Shown: piece after piece, positions 58,226 to 64,000 of the stretch | How the letters are laid out: each line of letters starts with the position of its first letter | How positions within the stretch are numbered: position 1 is the first letter of the stretch | DNA from: an uncultured Pseudomonadota bacterium | Lineage (GTDB): Bacteria > Myxococcota_A > Polyangia > Fen-1088 | NCBI GenBank assembly: GCA_963819375.1 | Contig: CAWFVU010000007.1 | Span: 706,768 to 770,767, forward strand | Direction: 5' to 3' | Length of the DNA: 64,000 nucleotides | Made by a program: the position numbers and the translations under genes | Notes under the pieces: model-generated | Database searches by the model: none | Seen by the model: the letters and a program-made list of their open reading frames with translations, nothing else | What the model was told of the DNA's origin: nothing

Positions 58226-60150
58226 AAGATTCCAACGGCCGTTTCCGGTTGGCGCTGACAGGCGCCACCCTGTTGCTCCTGGCCCGCCCGGCCGCCGCGC
58301 AGATGAGCCCCGGTGGATTCGGCGCGCCTGGCGGCGGTGGCATGCAGCCACCCCCCTCGAACTCGGAGAAGGAAGAGGGGCCCGCCGAAGCGGCGCCCGA
58401 GGAGAATCGCCCCGCGGACCTCGAGCCGCTCAGCGGCTACGCCGATCAGAACAAGAAGAAGATGCAGATCTTCGAGCTCAATGGCTATCTGCGTCTGCGC
58501 GACGACTACATACACGACTTCTTCCTCGGCCTCGGCTACTCGCACGTGCCGAACGGATCGACCGTGGCCGGTGCCAACAACTACGGCCTGCCGCCGTTTC
58601 CCGTCCCCCTCGACTGCCCATCGCCGGCGAACACCGGCGGCACCGTCGGCTTGCCTGGAACCGCAGGCGCCCCGGCGTCGAACTGCGGGACCAAGAACAT
58701 GGGCGGCGCGAATCTGCGCTTCCGCCTCGAACCAACGCTGAACGTGACCGATCAGGTGCGCATCCACGCCCAGATCGACGTCCTCGACAACACCATCTTG
58801 GGATCGACCCCCGACTCGCTGGCCGGTCTCCAGGGCTTCAACACGCCGCCCGCCACGACGGCGAGCGGCCAGCTCTCGCCGGCCGCCACCTCGGGATTCC
58901 TGTCGCAGACGCAGGACCCACCCACGATCGGCCAGAACGGCTTCGCCTCCAGCATCGTGGCCAAACGCGCCTGGGCCGAGATCGACACCGAGTTCGGGTC
59001 GATCTACTTCGGCCGGATGCCCTGGAACTGGGGACGCGGCCTCTTCTACAACGATGGCAGCTGCGCCGACTGCGACGTCGGCACGACGGTCGATCGGGTC
59101 ATGGCGATGACCACGATCTACGGGCACCAGCTGAAGTTCGCCTGGGACCTGGGCGCGCAGGGAGACACCACGCAGCAGCTCTCACTGGGGCGCCTCGATC
59201 CCAGCGGCTACCCCTACGACCTGTCACAGAATGACGACGTCCTCGAGCTGATGGCGTCGGTGGCGCGGATCGAGAACCCGGTCGATCTTCGCGAGCGGAT
59301 CGATCGCGGCGACGTGGTCGTCAACTACGGCCTGCAGTTCGTCTATCGGAATCAAGGGAACGTCGACGCGGTCCCGGCCACGAACGCGGCGAACACCGCC
59401 ATGGGCTTCGGGCCGCAGCCGCTCATGCCCGACCAGCTCCCGATGTCACTTCCCTACGGAGCCATCTCGTTCACCCCGGACGTCTGGTTCAAGCTGTACT
59501 ACAAGGCGCTCACCATCGAAGCCGAGGGAATCGCCATCCTTGGGCGCATTCAGCATCCTTACGCGCTGTCCGAGGACAATCAGGAGCTGAAGCTGGCGGA
59601 AGCGGGCTGGGTGGTGGCCAGCGAGCTGCGGCTGTTTCACGACTCGTTCTTCGTCGGCTTCGAGGTCGGTGGCGCCACCGGCGATCAGGCGAACAATCCG
59701 GGCCAGTACCTCAACTATCGCTGGCGGTTCGTTCAGCAGCCGCACGGCGACAACTCCATCAACGACTTCCACTTCTCGCCCGACTACCACGTCGACGAGA
59801 TCCTCTTCCGGCACATCCTCGGGACCGTCACCAACGCCACTTACATAAAGCCGCAGGCGGCCTACTGGTTCGACCTCGGGCGGACCCGCGCGATCGGCAT
59901 CAACGGCGGCGCCATCTTCAGCATGTCCCAGGTCCAGGTCTCGACACCAGGCGACTCGCTCCTCTACGGCCTCGAGACGGACCTGAGCGCCGGCTACCGC
60001 AACACCGCCGAGGGATTCTACGCCGGCCTCACCTGGGGCGTCTTCTGGCCCCTCGCCGCGCTCGACCGCCCGCTGACCACCTGGGGTCAGGACGCCGCCA
60101 GCGCCAGCGCCGCCCAGATCCTTCGGGTCACGATGGGCGTGAAGTTCTAA
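58222..60150 (+). CDS. large outer-membrane beta-barrel-like protein (resembles the myxobacterial TIGR04551 family, from memory)
   Basis: GTG at 58222 overlaps the epimerase stop (GTGA), in the frame of ORF 57733..60150. Signal FRLALTGATLLLLARPAAAQ, Gly/Pro/Glu-rich linker, long alternating beta-strand pattern, and a terminal ...VTMGVKF with aromatic last residue. Confidence 0.7.
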   Translation: MKDSNGRFRLALTGATLLLLARPAAAQMSPGGFGAPGGGGMQPPPSNSEKEEGPAEAAPEENRPADLEPLSGYADQNKKKMQIFELNGYLRLRDDYIHDFFLGLGYSHVPNGSTVAGANNYGLPPFPVPLDCPSPANTGGTVGLPGTAGAPASNCGTKNMGGANLRFRLEPTLNVTDQVRIHAQIDVLDNTILGSTPDSLAGLQGFNTPPATTASGQLSPAATSGFLSQTQDPPTIGQNGFASSIVAKRAWAEIDTEFGSIYFGRMPWNWGRGLFYNDGSCADCDVGTTVDRVMAMTTIYGHQLKFAWDLGAQGDTTQQLSLGRLDPSGYPYDLSQNDDVLELMASVARIENPVDLRERIDRGDVVVNYGLQFVYRNQGNVDAVPATNAANTAMGFGPQPLMPDQLPMSLPYGAISFTPDVWFKLYYKALTIEAEGIAILGRIQHPYALSEDNQELKLAEAGWVVASELRLFHDSFFVGFEVGGATGDQANNPGQYLNYRWRFVQQPHGDNSINDFHFSPDYHVDEILFRHILGTVTNATYIKPQAAYWFDLGRTRAIGINGGAIFSMSQVQVSTPGDSLLYGLETDLSAGYRNTAEGFYAGLTWGVFWPLAALDRPLTTWGQDAASASAAQILRVTMGVKF

Positions 60151-60195
60151 TCGGCGCTTCGCGCTCTCCGTTCCCACGACCTCCCGGGATCGGGC

Positions 60196-60498
60196 CTCGA
60201 TTGGCCCCTGCTCGGCTCCGTCGGGCCCACCGCCCTCGATCGGCCCTTCGATCGGCCCCCTCGATCGGCCCCTCGCGTCAGGGCCTCGCGGAATCCACGG
60301 CTGCGGCTCGAATCCCCGCGACCCTCCGCTCGGAGCTTTTTCCGGCGCGTGGTCTGCCGTTGAAGTTGTTGCAGACCACGCGCCGGAAAAAGCCACGTGC
60401 GGAGGCGAGCGTTGGTTCGAGGCGTCGCCCTCGATTCCGCACGTAACTAGTGCGAAGGGCCAATCGAGGGGCCGATCGAGGGGCCGATCGAGGGGCCG
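60196..60498. repeat. ~300-bp imperfect palindromic element with perfect 23-bp central stem and mirrored 12-mer tandem repeats
   Basis: Central stem GCTTTTTCCGGCGCGTGGTCTGC (60335-60357) pairs with GCAGACCACGCGCCGGAAAAAGC (60371-60393), leaving a 13-nt loop. CTCGATCGGCCC-type units at 60235-60275, plus CTCGATTGGCCC at 60196-60207, mirror GGGCC(A/G)ATCGAG x3.5 at 60457-60498. Segments 60288-60329 and 60399-60440 pair at 31 of 42 positions. Confidence 0.85.
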
Positions 60499-61377
60499 TT
60501 ACTTCACCTGCGCGGCGTGGCCGTCGGAGGAGGAGGAGGCGTTCTTGATGCTCTTGAGGCGCTCCTCGGCGTCCTTGCGCGGCCCGGCGGCCTCGTTCGA
60601 GCCGTACTCGAGGTACTTCTCGAACGCCGCGCGCGCCTCGGGATTCTTCCGCTCCAGTGAGTACATGATCCCGAGGTCGTAATAGGCCTTGGCGTACTTG
60701 GGGTTCTTCTGCACCGCGATCTGGTACTCAGCGATCGCCGCGTCCGTGTTCCGCTGCCGGCGGTAGACCACGCCGAGATCGAAGTGGAGGTCGGCGTCGT
60801 CCGGCTTGAGCGCGATCGCCTTCTTGAGCGCGACGATCGCCCCCTCCTTGTCGTCGGTCTTCGACTTCGCGACGCCGAGGTTGGCCCACCCCTGCGGATT
60901 GTCGGGCTGGAGCTCGGTCGCCTTCTGTAGATGTTCGATGGCGTGCTTGTAGTCCCCCTGCTGCTTGTAGGCGTATCCGAGCGACAGCTGCGCCTCGTAG
61001 TTGTCGGGCTTGAGGTCGAGCGCCGTCTCGAGCTCGCGGATCGCTTCATCGGAGCGCTTGAGCCGCGCGTAGGCCGCGCCCAGGTTGGCGTGCGCGTCCG
61101 CGTCCTTGGGCTGCAGCTTGACCGTCTTTTCGTATTCGCCGGCCGCCCGCGCATAGTCGCCCTGGGCGCGGTAGAGGTTGCCGAGCGTGAAGTGGGCGGC
61201 GGCGTAGTCCGGGCGCAGATTGACGGCGGTTTCGCACTCGCCGATCGCGGCCGTGGTGTTCCCCTCCCGCTTGTACTGGAGCGCAAGGTTGTAGTGCCCA
61301 GCCGCCTCGTCGGCCTGCGCCGTCACCGACCCGAGAAGCGCCAGCCCGAGCGCCGCGAGCGCTGTCAGTCGTCGCAT
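60499..61377 (-). CDS. secreted TPR repeat protein
   Basis: ORF 60499..61377. GAGGAGG lies ahead of the ATG. Signal MRRLTALAALGLALLGSVTAQA. About seven 34-residue TPR units (AHFTLGNLYRAQGDYARAAGEYEKTVKLQP and similar). Confidence 0.85.
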   Translation of the reverse strand: MRRLTALAALGLALLGSVTAQADEAAGHYNLALQYKREGNTTAAIGECETAVNLRPDYAAAHFTLGNLYRAQGDYARAAGEYEKTVKLQPKDADAHANLGAAYARLKRSDEAIRELETALDLKPDNYEAQLSLGYAYKQQGDYKHAIEHLQKATELQPDNPQGWANLGVAKSKTDDKEGAIVALKKAIALKPDDADLHFDLGVVYRRQRNTDAAIAEYQIAVQKNPKYAKAYYDLGIMYSLERKNPEARAAFEKYLEYGSNEAAGPRKDAEERLKSIKNASSSSDGHAAQVK

Positions 61378-61456
61378 GCGTCCTCCTCACGGCACAGTAC
61401 CACGCACCGGACGCCCCCCACCGGGCCGCGAAATGAGAATGACCCGCAAAATCAGG

Positions 61457-61465
61457 TGCTATAGT
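61457..61465 (+). promoter_or_regulatory. candidate extended -10 promoter (TGcTATAGT) giving a near-leaderless FTR1 transcript
   Basis: TGCTATAGT at 61457-61465. The ATG at 61477 is only 11 nt downstream with no Shine-Dalgarno. Confidence 0.3.
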
Positions 61466-61476
61466 CCGGCCCGAGA

Positions 61477-62283
61477 ATGCTGCAGGCGCTGCTCGTCACC
61501 TTCCGAGAAGGGATCGAATCATTCTTGATCGTGGGCGTCGTGACCGCCTACCTCAAGAAGAGCGGCCGCCCCGGCCTCGTGCGCGGGGTGAAGATCGGCC
61601 TCGCGATCTCGCTGGTGAGCTGCACGGCCGGCGCCTGGCTCTGGCTGCAGGTCCCCAACCAGCCGCTCTACGAGGGGATCGCCGCGCTGACCGCGGCCGT
61701 CATCGTGGGCCTCTTGCTGGTGCAGATGCTGCGCGCCGGCCGCCACATGCGCGCGGAGATCGAGGCGCGCGTCGACCGGATGACCGGGCAAGGAGAGGCC
61801 GGCGCCGCGCCGTCGCTCCGGGCGATCGCCGGCGTGGCCCTGGTGACCGCGTTGCTCGTCACCCGGGAGGGGCTCGAGGCCGTGTTCTTCCTCGGCGTGC
61901 AGGCGCTGGCGCTGCGGGCCGCCGAGGTGCGGTCACAGGCCGTCCTCGTCGTGGCCGGCGCCGTCCTCGGCCTCATCTGCGCGGCGATCGTCGCCTGGGG
62001 GTGGACGCGCTATGGGCGGCGTTTGAACCTCGGCGTGATCCTCAAGGTCACGGCGCTGTTCCTCGGTCTTTTTCTTCTGCAGCTGGTCATCTACGGCGTC
62101 CACGAGCTGGCCGAGAGCGGCGTCATCAAGGGGACGCAGGCGTTTCACGACGCGACCGAGCTGTTCGGGCCCGACGGCCGCATCGGTCACGCGCTCTCGT
62201 ACTCGCTGCTCGGCGCGCCGCTGCTCTATCTCGTCTGGGCCCGCCGCGCCGCCGCCGCCCGTCGCCCGTCCCCAGCTGGTTGA
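61477..62283 (+). CDS. FTR1-family iron permease (EfeU-like)
   Basis: ORF 61477..62283. Two REGxE motifs (TFREGIESFL and VTREGLEAVF) and multiple TM helices. Confidence 0.85.
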   Translation: MLQALLVTFREGIESFLIVGVVTAYLKKSGRPGLVRGVKIGLAISLVSCTAGAWLWLQVPNQPLYEGIAALTAAVIVGLLLVQMLRAGRHMRAEIEARVDRMTGQGEAGAAPSLRAIAGVALVTALLVTREGLEAVFFLGVQALALRAAEVRSQAVLVVAGAVLGLICAAIVAWGWTRYGRRLNLGVILKVTALFLGLFLLQLVIYGVHELAESGVIKGTQAFHDATELFGPDGRIGHALSYSLLGAPLLYLVWARRAAAARRPSPAG

Positions 62284-62305
62284 CGCGCCGCCTGACCCGC
62301 CCCGG

Positions 62306-62794
62306 TCAGAGCCTCGCGTGCAGCACGCGCGACAGGACCCGGTAGCCGAGCCGTTCATAGAACGCGTCGGCTTCTCTGTTGCCGATCCAGGTGGTCAGCA
62401 CCATCTCGGTCGCGCCGCGCGCGCGCGCCCAGTCGGCCGCCGTGGCGAGGAGGCTCCGCCCGATCCCGCGCCGGCGCTGGCGGGCGTTGACGATCAGCGT
62501 CTCGAGGTGGCCGCGGCGACGCTGCACCATCGTCGGATCGGCCGGCGTGTCGTAGACCCGCAGCGACAGGAAACCGACCGGCGCGGTCCCCTCCCCTTCA
62601 TCGAGGGCCACCAGCACCAGCGCCGCCGGATCGCCGAGCAGGCGGCGCCATTCGGGCTCGGTGCGCGTGGCCGGCCGGAAGTACGCTGGAACGAGCTCGG
62701 CATGCAGCTCGTCGAGCTCGCGCAGCAACGACTGGACGGCGAGCCAGTCCTCGGGGCGCGCCGGGCGCACCGCGACCTGCCCGCGCGGGCTCAC
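62306..62794 (-). CDS. GNAT family N-acetyltransferase
   Basis: Lower part of ORF 62306..63052. GTG at 62794 overlaps the stop of the upstream PTS enzyme I gene (GTGA). Acetyl-CoA motif VNARQRRRGIGRSLL, then FYERLGY. Confidence 0.8.
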   Translation of the reverse strand: MSPRGQVAVRPARPEDWLAVQSLLRELDELHAELVPAYFRPATRTEPEWRRLLGDPAALVLVALDEGEGTAPVGFLSLRVYDTPADPTMVQRRRGHLETLIVNARQRRRGIGRSLLATAADWARARGATEMVLTTWIGNREADAFYERLGYRVLSRVLHARL

Positions 62795-64000
62795 CCTGCC
62801 GGTCGGTCCTCTTCGCCGTCGGTGAGCTCGAGCGGGAAGCGCCGGTTCATCGCGCCGTAGACCAGCTCTTCGATCTCCGTCTCGGTCGACATGGTGAGCG
62901 CCTGCGCCAGGAGCCGCTCGGCATCCGCAATCTGAGTCGCGCGGATGATCGACTTGACGACCGGAATCTGGCGTGGGGCCATCGAGAGGTTGCGCAGGCC
63001 CAGCCCCATGAGCACCCAGGCCAGGATCGGATCGCCCGCCATGTCGCCGCACATCGCCACCGGCTTGCCCATGCGCTCGGCGCCGACCACGGTCTGGCGG
63101 ACGGCGCGCAGGATGGCCGGGTGGAGCGGGTGGTAGAGGTAGCCGACGTGCTCGTCCTCGCGATCAGCGGCCAGCGTGTACTGAATGAGATCGTTGGTGC
63201 CGATGCTGAGGAAGTCGCACTCGGCGGCCAGGAGATCGGCGATCAATGCGGCGCTCGGCGTCTCGATCATGACGCCGAGCGGGACCTTGGCGACGTGGGG
63301 GATCCCCTCGCGCTTCAGATCCTCGACCACCTGCAGACAGAGCTGCTTGGTGGCGCGCAGCTCCGCCACGCCCGAAATCAGCGGCAGCAGGATCTGCATC
63401 GGTCCCACGGCGGCGGCGCGGTGGAGCGCCCGGAGCTGGGTCGTGAAGACGTCGGTGCGGCGGAGCGAGTAGCGGATCGACCGCAGCCCCATCGCCGGGT
63501 TGGTCCCCACCGGCATGCGCACCGAAGGGGGCAGCTTGTCCCCGCCGAGATCCAGGGTGCGGAAGGTGATCGGTCGGCCGCCCACGCTGCGCAGCGCCGC
63601 TACGGCGTGCGCGTACTGCTCGTCCTCCGACGGCAGCTCGCTGCGTTCGAGGTAGAGAAACTCGGTGCGGAAGAGGCCCACCGATTCGGCCCCCAGCTCG
63701 ACGGCGATGGGGATCTCCTCCAGCATCTCGACGTTGGCGTGCAGGTGGACGACCGTGCCGTCGCTGGTGTTGGAGGGGACGTCGCGGATCGCCGCCAGCC
63801 GCTGCGCCCGGGCGCGGTGAACGTCGGCGCGCGCCTCGTACCGCCGGAGCGCCTCGGCGTCGGGATCCAGGATCACCTCGCCGCGGAGGCCGTCGATGAC
63901 GATCGTCATCCCCGACCAGACCTTGTGCCCGAGCCCCTCGACGCCGACGACGTAGGGGAGCCCCAGCGCGCGGGCCACGATGGCGGTGTGAGAGGTGCGC
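62791..64000 (-). CDS. phosphoenolpyruvate-protein phosphotransferase (PTS enzyme I / PtsP-like), C-terminal part, gene continues beyond the window
   Basis: ORF 62791..63978, and the frame stays open to the right edge (RTSHTAIVARALGLPYVVG phosphohistidine region). PEP-utilising TIM barrel motifs GLFRTEFLY, FLSIGTNDLIQYTLA, MCGDMAGDP. Confidence 0.9.
   Translation of the reverse strand, partial: RTSHTAIVARALGLPYVVGVEGLGHKVWSGMTIVIDGLRGEVILDPDAEALRRYEARADVHRARAQRLAAIRDVPSNTSDGTVVHLHANVEMLEEIPIAVELGAESVGLFRTEFLYLERSELPSEDEQYAHAVAALRSVGGRPITFRTLDLGGDKLPPSVRMPVGTNPAMGLRSIRYSLRRTDVFTTQLRALHRAAAVGPMQILLPLISGVAELRATKQLCLQVVEDLKREGIPHVAKVPLGVMIETPSAALIADLLAAECDFLSIGTNDLIQYTLAADREDEHVGYLYHPLHPAILRAVRQTVVGAERMGKPVAMCGDMAGDPILAWVLMGLGLRNLSMAPRQIPVVKSIIRATQIADAERLLAQALTMSTETEIEELVYGAMNRRFPLELTDGEEDRPAG

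Noticed and set aside
60303-60335. tRNA-like T-arm motif (GCGGCTCGAATCCCCGC)
   Set aside because: No acceptor-stem complement, D-arm or anticodon arm could be found in the 70 nt upstream. The TCGA core simply recurs because of the palindromic repeats.
60335-60393. The central 23-bp hairpin considered as a canonical intrinsic terminator
   Set aside because: The T5 and A5 runs are part of the stem itself. No U tract follows the stem on either strand. It may still act as an I-shaped terminator, but it does not fit the classical model.
60457-60498. The 12-mer tandem array considered as a CRISPR array
   Set aside because: The units are contiguous with no spacers and only 12 bp long. No cas genes are present, and the array is mirrored on the other arm of a palindrome.

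Overview
High-GC (roughly 70%) bacterial chromosomal segment. The gene content (a DUF1592/DUF1552 pair, a MoxR-DUF58-BatA cluster, DUF4175, an NtrC-type sigma-54 activator, PilZ, TPR and Cys-rich secreted lipoproteins, three GH3 hydrolases) suggests a Myxococcota-like organism, but that is inference only. I can support about 50 protein-coding genes. They are tightly packed, with many 4-bp ATGA/GTGA start-stop overlaps. I recognised no rRNA, tRNA, CRISPR array, transposase or integrase. Most long track ORFs that run antisense or out of frame to these genes are high-GC artefacts. As sequenced, ten genes carry about 25 frame breaks, 17 of them within 36.2-44.2 kb. Most look like single-base indels, so consensus error is the leading explanation, with true pseudogenisation as the alternative. 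Four non-coding regions stand out. (1) A ~300-bp imperfect palindrome with a perfect 23-bp central stem and mirrored 12-mer tandem repeats lies between convergent genes (60.2-60.5 kb). (2) A near-consensus sigma-54 promoter and an unannotated coding-like stretch sit upstream of a pal-histidine kinase-NtrC operon (47.07-47.37 kb). (3, 4) Two AT-enriched islands (29.6-30.2 kb and 33.35-33.44 kb) carry palindromes or direct repeats, the first just upstream of a small AT-hook/zinc-knuckle protein. Several gene modules of unknown function are worth follow-up: DUF1592-DUF1552 (CxxCH plus Tat signal), MoxR-DUF58-BatA-like-O-methyltransferase, DUF4175-HExxH/TPR-OMP, and a Cys-rich-repeat lipoprotein next to a beta-propeller/LGFP protein. 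All product calls rest on motif recognition by eye. No clearly novel system can be demonstrated from the sequence alone.
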